Assembly (NCBI GenBank): GCA_963693365.1
Contig: CAVNZM010000006.1
Coordinates: 6,923,264-6,987,263 of the forward strand
From: Amoebidium appalachense
Lineage: Eukaryota > Protista > Ichthyosporea
Reading direction: 5' to 3'
DNA: 64,000 nucleotides
The notes beneath the pieces were generated by a model. It was not told the DNA's origin. It was given only the letters and a program-made list of their open reading frames with translations, and made no database searches. Shown piece by piece: positions 9,628 to 27,181 of the stretch (position 1 is the stretch's first letter; the number at the start of each line of letters is the position of its first letter). A program made the translations under genes and the position numbers.

Positions 9628-12600
9628 ATGGCTGCGCTTACTGCCGCCACGCGCAGCGGGCGGCCTATGCGTTTGGTTGCTGAGCATGAGCTGCTTGCCG
9701 AGGTGACGGGCAAGCTCTACGACCTGGACTGCGTGCTGGGCCTGGACGGCTGGGATGACGAGTGCGTGCCCGCCCCCTGCGTGTGCCTGCGTGTGCCCCC
9801 TGTGTGTGGCTATGCTGCTGTTGTCGTTGTGTGTGTTTGGGCATGGTTTTGGCTCTGCTCTAAGGCTGGGGTTCGCCAGATCTTCGGATCCACCATGAAG
9901 TTCATGGCAATGCTGTTCGTGCAGCTGTATTTGATTATATCTTATTAGTATGTGCCTGCGTAGCTGTGCGTGGCTTTGCCTCTGTGTGTGTGTCTGTGCG
10001 CTAAGCAAGGTGCAGGTTGGAGGACGTGGGGGACTGGCTCAGCACACCCAGCCCTGCCAGCAGCACCAGCGGGTCGCAGGTGGTGACGGCCTGTGTGCAC
10101 GACCTGCCCAGCGCCCCGGCACACACAGTGGCTGCGGCCGGCCAAGTGCCCGTGTCTGATTCGTCTACCCCGGCAGGGTCGTTTTTGGCCACCCCCCAGC
10201 ACAGCCCCCCGGCAGACCAGCATAACCCCCCTGCGAACCAACACACGGTAACACTTATGGAGTCCCAGCCCCAGCCAGACGGTGCGGACCTGCACAGTGA
10301 GAGTGGGCCAGCCAGCGTGCAGGTGGCAGAGGGAGAGCCGGGTGAAGGCACCAGGCAGGAGGCCACACAGCAGGCCGAGGCTGCAGGCACATACACAGCT
10401 ACATGGGGACAGGTGCACGTGCCCACAATGCCTGCGCCAGCACCCCAGGAGGAGGAGGATGACGACCTTCCCTCTCTGCCCTCGGCTGCTGCCCCCCCAC
10501 CCCCGCCAGCCAAACCCGCCCTGCCCACCGTGCTCTACATACCCCCCCCACCGGTTAGCGGCCACTCGCAGCTGGAGGGGCGTGCACACTGTGTGTATGG
10601 GCCCTATGCACAGGCCCTGGGTGCACGCAGCCAGCAGGCCACTTCACGTAGCCCCTCCCCCCCCGAGCACAACCTGCTCTTGCAGCACGCACTTCTCGGG
10701 GACGGCACGGAGACAGACGAGAGCTCCCGGCCCACCACCCCAACCACCCCCACTACCCCGGGCACGTCGGGGGGGGGAGGAGGGCGGGGTGCGGCGCAAG
10801 AAGAAGCGGGAGCTGGCCACGTATTTGCGGGACAGGGGCATGGGCAGCAGGCCCGGCACACCCACAGGCCGCCAGCACATGGCGGCTGTGTCGCCCACGG
10901 TCAGCAACGTGTGCCCTGAGGACAGCCCGTGGATGGACTTCAGGCTGGTCTTCGACCCCATACTGAGTGGCATGGTCGGGCCAAACGGCCTGCCCACCCG
11001 GCCACCCATCTACCACGCCATACATTGCCGCCACACAGAGGTGCGTGTGAGCCACAGAGCAGGGGGAGAGAAAGGGGGGGGGGGGGGGGGGGGGGAAGGG
11101 GGCACAGGGCCTGACTGGGGTTGCAGAATGTGTGCACGAAGAAGGACCCCCGCAGCACGGCGCCATCACCCCGGCGGCTGTTCCTTGCCGAGGTGCCTGC
11201 GTTTGCACGGCCAAACCTCATGGCTGGCCTGGTGGCTGGCCCGGCTGCACCCCTGCCCCGGGCACCCACACCCACCTCGGCCCCACAGAGCAGGGCAAGC
11301 AGCCCGGCAACCGTCCTGACTGCAGGGTGAGTGGCTGCACGGGCATGCACGGGCACATGGGCACGTAGACACAAGGGACGAAATTCTTGTACCGTGCATG
11401 CACGAGGCATAATAGTTCTTGTACCTTGCATACACACGGGCATAGCGTTTCTTGTTCCATGCGTGCACACGGGCATAGTATTTTTTGTGCCGTGTGTGCA
11501 CGCGGGCATAATAATTCGTGTACCGTGCGTGCACGCGGGCACTAAAATAGTTTGCCATGCACGCTTGCGTGCATAATAACTCTCGTACCATGCATGCACG
11601 CGAGCATAATACTTCTTGTACCATGCATGCACGAAGGCACGAAAATTATTTACCATGCACATGTGGGCACGAAAGTTTTTTACCATGCATGCACATGGGC
11701 TAGAAAATGAAAATCGTGCCACATACACAAGCACGTGGGCATGATAGTTCTTGTACCACGCATGCATGTTGGCACGAAATTCTCTGTACTCTGCATGTAT
11801 GCATGTGCACGTCACACAACACACACACTGGGGGGTGGGGAGGGAGGGTATGTCTATATGCACAGCACACACTGTGAGGCGACTTTGCATGTGTGCCACT
11901 ATGCTGCCAGATTACACCACACTGGCACCTACACACACGTTGGCAGTGGCTGGGAGCATGATGGGGTACACCTGCATTATTGCACACACTGTAAGTGCCA
12001 GACCACACGTCCCTACACACATTTATAGGCACACACGATACGCCTTTGTGTGTGTCCATGGCCCATACACTCATTCAATACACGTACATGCACACAGGCA
12101 ACAACATTCAACCCGCCTATGTATGTATGTGCTTTCACATTCTCCCTTGGCCATATAGCATGCCTTGCCCCTGCCTTTTCAGGCCCACACATACATAACA
12201 GCAGGCACACACTGTACCTGCTTATGTGTGTTGCCCACAGCCACACCAACGCATGCACAAACATTTTCTGTGTCTTTGTGCCCATAGCATGCACATGCAC
12301 GTGCACACACCCCCTGGCCCTGTGTGCTGTGCACTGATTGTGGCCACAGCACCCGCAGCAGCAGCCAATCCCCCCTGGCCCCCACGGTCGAGTCAGGCCC
12401 CCTGCAGGACCAGTGGGCCCAGCAGCAGACCACATGGTCACAGAGCCAGCAGCAGGGCCAGCAAGGGCAGCAGCAGGCGCACATGCAGCAGCAACAGCTG
12501 CCGCCACAGCAGATGCCCCAGCAGATGCAACAGATGCCGCCCCAGCAGATGCAACAGATGCCCCAGCCAGGACCCGTGCAAATGCAGCAGATGCACCCGC

Positions 12601-14731
12601 AACAGATGCAACCAATGCCACAGCACATGCAACAGCAGATGCAACAGATGTCGCAGATGCCCCCCCAGCAGATGATGCAGCAGATGCACCAGGTGCCCCA
12701 GCCAGGGCCCATGCAGCAGATGCACCCCCAGCAGATGGCCTCGCACGTGCAGCCGATGGCGCAGGCCACACCGCCCCGTGCCCTGCAGGCCACTCAGCAT
12801 GCTGCCCCACCAGCAGCCCACCTACCACCCCAGCACAGTCAGCCAGCCCCCCAGGCCAGCCCCCAGCGCCATAGTGGGCCAGCAGGCAGTGAGGGCCAGG
12901 GGGCAGCAGGGAGGCAAAAGCGCAGCAAACCGGACAGTGACAGGGGCCAGGCTGGGCAGGCCAAGGCCGGGCGGTGGGAGTACGAGGAGGAGACCTGCTT
13001 GGAGGAGGGCCACTGGGCCCCCCCACAACAGCAGCAGCAGCCGTGGGCACAGCAGACCACGAGCACATCTTCACAGATCCACAGAGAGTGGTTCGAGGCA
13101 GTGGCCAAGGACACACAGAGGAGGGGGGGCAGGGGGGTGGGCCGCAACACCAGTGGTAGCAGTGGGGAGGAGAAGGACGAGGCACGGCTCAAGACGGTGT
13201 TTGTGGGGGATCTGCCCCAGGGCACTAGCAAGGATGAGCTGGGCCAGCTGTTTGAGCCTCATGGTGTGGTGGAAGAGCTCAGAATATTCCCGGGCAAGAA
13301 GTATGTCACGATGTCTTGGATTGAGGGGGGGGGGGGGGGGGGGGGGGGGGGATGGTGTCCTGGGGAGAGGGAGGGAATGATGGGCCACGGTGGGAAGGGA
13401 GGGGGGGGGGAGAGGGGGGGGGAGTGCGGCATAATTTATTGGGAAAGGTTATTGCTGAGGGGCAAACTACACACATCATGGCGGGGCTGTGCAGGGTTTG
13501 ACTCGGTGTGAAGCTATGTGTTTGTGGTGTACGCCATTTCCATATGGTTTGTGCAGCTATGCGTTTGTGGTGTAGATGATTGCCTAATATGGGATGTGCA
13601 GCTATGCGTTTGTGGTGTAGATGATTGCCTAATATGGGGTGTGCAGCTATGCGTTTGTGGTGTAGATGGTTGCCTAATATGGGGTGTGCAGCTATGCGTT
13701 TGTGGTGTAGATGGTTGCCTAATATGGGGTGTGCAGCTATGCGTTTGTGGTGTAGATGGTTGCCTAATATGGGGTGTCCAGCTATGCGTTTGTGGTGTAG
13801 ATGATTGCCTAATATGGGGTGTGCAGCTATGCGTTTGTGGTGTAGATGCTTGCCTAATATGGGGTGTGCAGCTATGCGTTTGTGGTGTACATGATTGCCT
13901 AATATGGGGTGTGCAGCTATGCATTTGTGGTGTAGATGATTGCCTAATATGGGTGTGCAGCTATGCGTTTGTGGTGTAGATGCTTGCCTAATATGGGGTG
14001 TGCAGCTATGCGTTTGTGGTGTACACGTGCTTCGAGCATGCCGAGAGGGCCATCTCAGCCATGGACGGGTTCTTCTACCGCGGCAACCAGCTGCGGGTTG
14101 CCCGGGGTGGCCGTAGAGGTTTCTGCAAGAGAGAGTGGACAGACACGGGTATGTGCTTGGCTGGGGTGGGGGTGAGGGGGAAGGGGGGGGGGGGGGTTGG
14201 TTGGCGATATATGTGGAATGGTTCTTGTGTGTGTGATGGGACCTGGGTGTGTTTGCATGTACGTGTATGTGTGTGTCTATGTGATGGGATCTGGGTGTGT
14301 TTGCATGTACGTGTATGTGTGTGTCTATGTGATGGGATCTGGGTGTGTTTGCATGTACGTGTGCTGTGGAGCAGCAGGAATCCTTGGCCATGGTTGCTGG
14401 TCCCCCGTGTACATAGGGCCTGAGTGGGCACGTATTGGCTGTGTGCACGTTTGTGCTCGGTTGATTCCGTACAGTTTTTAGACTGGTGGTGGTAGGCGGG
14501 CCTTTGATAGGGGTAGGCCGTGCGGTAATGCCAGGCCATGGGGGTGGGGGGTGGGTGGGTTTGGGGGGGGGGGGGGGGGGGGGAACCACTGTCGTGGATT
14601 TTTGTTTGCTGAGACTGACTTTTTCTGCGACTGCAGACACAAACACCACCAACACCCGTGCTGGGGGCGAGTCTGGAGGAGGGGGCTCGTTTGATGACGA
14701 GTTGAGAGCCCTACTGAAGCGAAAGCGCTAA
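9628..14731 (+). CDS. Large low-complexity protein with a Q/M/P-rich region and a single C-terminal RRM (exons ~9628-9761, 10016-11040, 11127-11326, 12351-13300, 14006-14148, 14637-14731); +1 G frameshift at 10769-10777
   Basis: RNP2 KTVFVGDLPQGTSKDELGQLFEPHGVVEELRIFPGK, then RNP1 NYAFVVYTCFEHAERAISAMDGFFYRGNQLRV. QQMP repeats at 12420-12780. Ends LLKRKR* (NLS-like). Confidence 0.8.
11380..11790. repeat. ~31-bp degenerate minisatellite in an RRM-gene intron
   Basis: Repeats of GTACCATGCATGCACG(C)GGGCATAATA(N)TTCTT. Confidence 0.8.
13512..14023 (+). repeat. 45-bp tandem repeat (11 copies plus 1 degenerate) spanning an intron-exon junction
   Basis: Unit CTATGCGTTTGTGGTGTAGATGATTGCCTAATATGGGGTGTGCAG. 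CAG acceptors at 13554, 13599, 13644 ... 13958, 14003. Confidence 0.95.
14230..14362. repeat. 48-bp tandem repeat (~3 copies), intronic
   Basis: TGTGATGGGATCTGGGTGTGTTTGCATGTACGTG repeated. Confidence 0.85.
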
Positions 14732-15962
14732 AAACGCCTGAAAGCAAGGAACGAACTTGTGTGAATGCTGGACATAGGCACCTGGCTGGGCCCGGGCACG
14801 TAGGCACATTTTGACGTATGCAACCCCCTGAGGGTGGGTCGAATGAAACGGCAGCAGCCTGCCCTGGTGGGGGGTTGCTGCACACGAAGAGGCTGGGTGT
14901 GATGTATGTTGGGTGGATGGTGGGAGGATGGTGCCTGCCCGGCCAGACCCGCAGAGGAAAAAATTAATGCATACGCAGGCCGGGGGCACACCTGGTTCCT
15001 CAGGTCCCTTATTGACTGTGTGTGGTGTTGTGCTGTTGTGTGTGTGGTTGGGTGGCAGCTCTATAGTGGTGGTCGAACACGATGACCTGTGCCTCGTATG
15101 TGTGTGTGCTTGGAGTGTGGTGGTGTTTGGGGGGAGGGGTGGGCTGTGTTTTCTTCTCTTTTTTCTTGTTTTTGCGCGTGGGGGGGGGGGGGGCCTGTGA
15201 GTGTGGTGTGTGTTGCCCCCCCTTCCCCCCCCCCCCCCCCTCCCCCGGGAGCTCCAGTGCACACTAGTACACACTGTGAGGAAGAAATCATCCGGACATG
15301 GGCGGGTCTTGGGCAACGAGTCGACGGATAACATGGGCAAGGTGAAGGGACGAGCATTGAGCATGGGCCTAGCATGTTCAGCAACACGAACACCCTCCCT
15401 TCCTGCACTCTTTCGTTAAACTAACGGCACGTCACCGGGTGCACATGGATGTAGTCGTGTTATCGATCGGCACGGCATGGCCAGCCATGGCACGATGTGA
15501 TAGTGAAATGACGTGATCATGATGGTCACACGCGTCCCATGCATTCCCTCCACATTGCAAGCGCTATATTTTCTGAAGTGCTGCCCACGTGCACCTGGCA
15601 AGGGCACGGCCACCCACTGCCTACCATGCGTTTGCACGTGGGCCCATACACGTGCACACACGCACAGCCACACCTATGTACATCAAATGTGCCTTATGGA
15701 TGTCCGTATAAGCCCCCCGCGATATGCCCCTGACGGATCAGGCCCGGCATGGCCTGATTGGATGGGTCAGATCCGAGGTGGTGTTGGTGTGCGTGCTGAC
15801 TGAACATCGTCTGCATTGCGCTGTAGGCTTAGGGTTCATGTTGGTTCTGTGCTTGCGTTTCGTAGGGCCTTTCACTTGCGGGCGTGTAGGAGCAGGGGAG
15901 CACACGAGCATTGTGGGTATGCCGTGTAGGGCGTAGCAGGCCGCAGGGCGGCACAAGCAAGC

Positions 15963-16139
15963 ATGGCCACGGCACGGGATGGCTGCGGGGCAGTTCGCTG
16001 CTGCCAAGAGGACGAGCAGTCTGTGTTTGCAAAGGACACGGTGCTGCTCAAGAACAGGCGCCTGACTGCACTGCCTGAGTCGGCATACGCACACGCAGAC
16101 AGGTGAGGTAGTGCCAGGGTGGTGGGGCCGAGTCTGTGC

Positions 16140-16172
<33 letters not shown>

Positions 16173-16441
16173 TGACTGTGTGCGTGGAGTTGGTTTGTGT
16201 GTGAGTGTGCCGCATGCAGTGTGTGTGTGTGTGTGCGTGTGCGTGTGCGTGTGCGTGTGCGTGTGCGTTCGTTCGTGCGTGCGTGCGGGTATGTGTGTGT
16301 GTGTGCGCGCGTGCGTGTGTGTGTGTAGGCGGGGGGTTGTGTGTGTGTGTGTGTGTGTGGAGTACGGTATGTACATCTGTCCCAAACTCGTTGTGTATGT
16401 GTGTGTGTGTGTGTGTGAATTCCTGTGCGTGTGTGGCCGGT

Positions 16442-16496
<55 letters not shown>

Positions 16497-18737
16497 TGCG
16501 CGCGTGCGTTCGCGCGCGCATTCATGTGCGTGCGTGCGCGTGTGTGCGTGCATTCGTGTGTGTGCGCGGCGAGTGTGCGAGTGTTGAGTACGGTGTGTGC
16601 ATCTGTCCCAAACTCGATTTGTGTGTGTGTGTGTGCGTGCTTGTGAATACCTGTGTGTTTGTTTGTGCCGGTTGGGTGTGTGTGTGTGTGTTCTATCTTC
16701 CCTGTGGTACTTGCTGACTGTGTGCCTGCAGGGTTGTGGAGCTCAACCTGCGGCGCAACCAGCTGCAGGCCGTGCCCCGCCTCTCTCTCTTCACCTCCCT
16801 CACCACCCTGCACCTGTCCTCCAACCGCCTGCGTGAGCTGCCCTCTGAGCTGTGCAACCTCAGCACCCTGGAGGCCCTCTATGCCAGTGACAACCTGCTA
16901 CAGACCCTACCCAGTGACCTGGGCCGGCTTACACGACTCAGAGTTTTGCGGCTGTGCAAGAATCAACTCAGCCAGCTGCCAGCCAGTGTTGGGGACTGCA
17001 GTAGCTTGGAGGTGCTGGTGCTGGGCAGTGTATTTGGAGGGAACAACCTGACTGCCCTGCCACACACCCTGGGCCTTTTGCAGCACCTGAGGGAGCTAGA
17101 CGTGTCGCACAACCAACTGACTGCGCTGCCGCCTGAGCTGGGCCACTGCACCTCCCTGACCTTGCTGACGGCTACAGGCAACCAACTCACTGCGCTGCCC
17201 AGCAGTCTGGGTGACCTGCCTGCACTGGCCTGCCTCAACCTGGCTGCTAACAGCCTCACTGCATTGCCGGGTACGTGTGCGTGATGGGTTTGTTTGGAGA
17301 GGGAGGGCGCAGGGGAGGGGGAGGGGGGAGAGTGTTGGGGGGGGCTGTGTGTGCTCAGTTGAGGCCGTGGTTGTGTGGGTGTGTGGGTGTGTGTATATGG
17401 GGGGGCACGGGGGGGGGGGGGGGGGGGGGGGGTTGATGTGCTTGTGTGTGTGCGTAGGTGCCGGGGTGTGTGTGTGTGTGCCGGTGTGTAAGTGTCTGTG
17501 TGTGTGTGTGGCAGTGTGTGTGCATGTACATGTGGTCTTGTCTGTGTGCTTGGGTGTTTATGTGGACGTGTACCTGTTTTTGCATTTATTGGCGGTGTAA
17601 GAGGTGCAGGCATGGGTGTGAGTATGGGTGACTGTCTGTCTGTGCCGGCACCTGTGCTTTTGTGTGTAGGTCTGTGTATGTGTGCCTGTGGGTGTGTGTA
17701 ACTATATAAAACTGAAGGCTCAAGGAGGTAGGCATGGGTGGAGCCCCCTGTGATAGCATTGGGCTTTGCGTGAGCATATGCACGTGTATGTGCAGGTTTC
17801 CTATGTGTGCCCGGTGTTTGCCCGGTGCTGACCTGGCCCACAGGGGAGCTAGGGCAGCTGCGCACACTGCGAGTGCTTGATGTGCGCAGCAACCAGCTAG
17901 CCTATGTGCCTGGTGAGCTGGCCTGGCTGAAGGCATCCACCTCCCTGCTGCTGGCTGACAACCCCTTTGCCGGCCTGGCATTGCCCCCGGCCAGCCCCCC
18001 CTCGTGTGCCGTGCCTAGACTGGTGGAGCTGTGTGGGGCCGTGCTGCTAAGAACCAATCAGCCAAGGGATAGCCTGCCTGAGGAGGTGATTGCATTCCTG
18101 GCCAGTGCCAGGCCATGCACAGCATGCAGGCAGGTGGGTGGCTGCGTGTGTGTGTGTGTGTGTGCATGTGCGTCCTTGAGGGGCTATTCGTGTTGTTTAA
18201 ACACACCTCGTGTTTGCATTGCAGGGTTTAGGCATGGGGGAAGCGTGTGTGCGTGTGTCTCAGTACATGTGTGTGTGTGTGCACTTGAATATGCATCTGC
18301 ATGCTGCTTATGCTCCCAAGTTGTTTGTGTGTGTGTGTGGTGTCGTGGTGTGTTTTGGGGGTTCTTTTTGTTGTGTGCAGTGATAGTGGTTGTGGCATGC
18401 ACGTGTGTGGTGTTTATATGTGTGTGCACATTGTTTTTGTGTGTGTGTACCCTCATTGGGTGGAGTGTAATGTGTGGCGCGTGTAGATGTGCTTCCGCCA
18501 GTATGGTAGCACCTGGGTTGTTTTGTGTGTGTGTGTGTGTGTGTGTGTGCCTATGGCTGTGATCAGGTGCTAACGATACACGTGCAGCCGTTCTTCCAGA
18601 CGTGCCTGTCAGCCCGACCCACGCTAGCCAGTCTAGGGGGCCACCACCACGTGCCCAGCATGGTCAGTCTGTGCATGCCCAGCTGTGCTAAGGGCTGTGT
18701 GGCATCAAGCAGGGCCCATGCCGCCCTGAGCTGGTAG
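15963..18737 (+). CDS. Leucine-rich repeat protein with BC-box-like and Cys-rich C-terminus, LRRC58/LRRC28-like (exons 15963-16102, 16732-17270, 17844-18133, 18588-18737)
   Basis: About ten LxxLxLxxNxLxxLP repeats, then [12 protein letters not shown]...[22 protein letters not shown]...LCMPSC. Confidence 0.85.
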
Positions 18738-19039
18738 CATGCCATGTACATAGGAGATACACACGAGCACACACCATGACATATTAGCCCGTGCGTGCAG
18801 TGACGCGCCGACATGTATGTTTGTAACACCTAGCACCACCAACGTAACATATATTTTGCAGTGGCCAGGAAGACCCACGTGACACACGTATGTTTGCAGC
18901 ACGCAGCACCACCCACGTAGATAAGCATCTGCCCGTGTACGTACGAGGCCCACACCGAATGAATGCAGCCTGGGGATGGCTGGACCCGGCCCAGGCCTAA
19001 ATATAGACCACGTTGCAATGTACCCAATACATTGACAAC

Positions 19040-19450
19040 AAATTGAGCATACTGCGGCGTACCATGATGGGCTCAAATAGAGCATACTGTGACGTACCAT
19101 GATGGGCTCAAATAGAGCATACTGTGACGTACCATGATGGGCTCAAATAGAGCATACTTGACGTACCATGATGGGCTCAAATAGAGCATACTGTGACGTA
19201 CCATGATGGGCTCAAATTGAGCGTACTGTGGCATACCATCCACCTGTTGCATACCATGATGGGCTCAAATTGAGCATATTGTGACGTACCATGATGGGCT
19301 CAAATTGAGCATATTGTGACGTACCATGATGGGCTCAGATTGAGCATACTGTGACGTACCATGATGGGCTCAGATTGAGCATACTGTGACGTACCATGAT
19401 GGGCTCAGATTGAGCATACTGTGACGTACCATGCTGGGCTCAGGTTGAGC
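19040..19450. repeat. 35-bp tandem repeat (~11 copies) containing TGACGT
   Basis: Unit GAGCATACTGTGACGTACCATGATGGGCTCAAAT(A/T). Confidence 0.95.
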
Positions 19451-20329
19451 TTTTTCGGTGTGCATGATGGACTCCAATACAGACTGAGTCTCTGCTGCAA
19501 CACACCACACGGGGCATGGGCAGAGATATGGCACAGTCTGGCAGCAGACTGGCATGGGTCCAAGCAGGCTTGCACGGTGCATGGGGTGCGGTACCGGTCA
19601 CTGCACATGTCTGCTGCAGGGCAGGGCACGGGAAGGAGGGTGTGGGTATTGCCCCCCCTCCCTCCCTCCCTCCCCCCCCCCCCCCCTCCCCCTGGCACCC
19701 CCCCCCCCCCCCCCCACCTCCCTGACCCTGGCCAAAGCTGTGTACTTCCATCCAATCGGGCATGGTTGTGCTCTATCGCGCGTCTCTCATATGCACTTTT
19801 TTCGTTGCATGCTGCATTAGTTTGCCCACACACACATTCACCGTTTTTGCTCGCATAGCTTACAGTCTGCTCGTCTCTGACGGCTGACCCTTCCGCGTTC
19901 AGGGCTAAGGGTTCGAAACTCAGATCTACTAGATGCAATTGATGCCGGGCCCCACGTGCGGAGAATAAGCTCTGCTTATGTTGCATTCTGCGAGCGTTGC
20001 TGATGTTGCCTACTTGAATGCTTGCCTTTGCATGTATCCTGCACAGTGTAAACAGTTTCTCATCGTGTAGTTGAAAGATTTCACACCGTGCTTTGCATTC
20101 GAGCCCCCCTCCGCATGGCCACAATCACCACAACCACCACGTACAGACACATACATGCACGCATACCCCAGCTGGACCGAGTTTCTCGCCTGCACACAAG
20201 TTCTTCACAGAGTACTCTACTAGCTGGCATGCGCACGTCTGCTTCACCTTGCCAGATCAAAGCCCTCCCGGATCTCTCTCCGGACACCCTGCTGCCCGTA
20301 CCTACGTAGCACTCCACGACTATATATGT

Positions 20330-20700
20330 GTTCTGGCCGAGATAGCTGGGTGTGGGACTTGCGCTATTGATCGGACCGAAATAGCTGGGCCTGGGATATG
20401 TGTTGAGATAGCTGGGCCTGTGATATGTGCTACTGATCTGGCCGAGATAGCTGGGCCTGGGTTACGTGCTACTGATCTGGCCGAAATAGCTGGGCCTGGG
20501 ATATGTGCTATTGATCTGGCCGAGATAGCTGGGCCTGGGATATGTGCTACTGATCTGGCCGAAATATCTGGGCCTGGGATATGTGCTATTGATCTGGCCG
20601 AGATAGCTGGGCCTGATATATGTGCTATTGATCTGGCCGAGATAGCTGGGCCTGGGATATGTGCTATTGATCTGGCCGAGATAGCTGGGCCCGGCCTATG
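20330..20700. repeat. 39-bp tandem repeat (~9 copies), intergenic
   Basis: Unit GATCTGGCCGAGATAGCTGGGCCTGGGATATGTGCTATT. Confidence 0.95.
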
Positions 20701-21464
20701 GGCCTGAGGTAGTGTGCACTTACGGTGGCATGCATGTACATTTCATGTGCAGGCAACCACATGTCGCCAGGCTGCGGTTGGCATTTAACCAACAAGTCAC
20801 GTGACCAACCCCCCCGTATGGTCTCAGTGCACACGCAATTGCAAAAAAGCCATCTGGCGCATCTGCGGCTGTAGACTCCTCGTATTCATTCACTTGTTCT
20901 CCATCAGGACCCTCTTGCGAACCTACTAGTATTAGTAAAGCTTTGAAAGAGTCTTACAAAGCAGGAAAAAGGGCCGGGAAAGGGCAAAAAAAAAAAAAGA
21001 AGAAAAAAAAATACGGGTTCACTCTCCGTACCATTGCAGCATGTGGGCTAATCAAGTCAACCCTCACCACTAGTGGGCATGTGCGCACTACCACATGCAC
21101 AGGCCTGTCATTATATGGGCCTCATGCATGCCCTTGCATATGCCAGCCCACGGTGCTATGCCACACACCACCATCATTGGGTGGCCTAGTGACCAGGACT
21201 AGCCGACGGTCTAAATCTACAAACTATCTCTGAATTGGGCCTGGCGCTATGCAGTACGACACCTGACACAACCAACTGATCAAAAGACTCAGATGTGCCC
21301 CAGCCAACCATATGCATGCACGGCAGGAACAAGCTCTTGGGCCTAAAAGTGGTGTCTGACCTCAACAGTGAAAGACTTTTGGGTAGCTGGCCCTGTGGGA
21401 CTAATGAACAACAAGGCGGGGGCAGGGCTATGTCTGCCTGAATCATTCACATGTGATAGGTACC

Positions 21465-21529
<65 letters not shown>

Positions 21530-21580
21530 CGTGCGTGTGTGTGTGTGTGTGTGCGTGCGTGTGTGTGTGCGCGCACTCGC

Positions 21581-21614
<34 letters not shown>

Positions 21615-21877
21615 AGTGATAAGCCTTTGTGGGTGTAGGGCTGTGCACACCATGTGACTGGCATGATGTGCATGTGCATGTGTAAGCTACTGTTTGTGTT
21701 CGTGTATTTATAAAACATCTCTTTTTGCGCATGTTGAATAGCATGTATAACCGAATTTGTATGTGTACGTGCATGTCGATGTGCGTGCTGGTGTTTATCG
21801 GTGAGCATGCATGGTCCCACGTGCATGCGAAGGTCCAATTTGCTACCGGCATGTAATGGTGCTGTGTGCCCGTGCAC

Positions 21878-27181
<5,304 letters not shown>

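Noticed and set aside
13512-14023. CRISPR-like appearance of regular arrays (also 19040-19450 and 20330-20700)
   Set aside because: Head-to-tail tandem units without unique spacers, no cas genes, eukaryotic context.
19905-19930. tRNA T-loop-like GGTTCGAAA
   Set aside because: No consistent T-stem, acceptor stem or D/anticodon arms.
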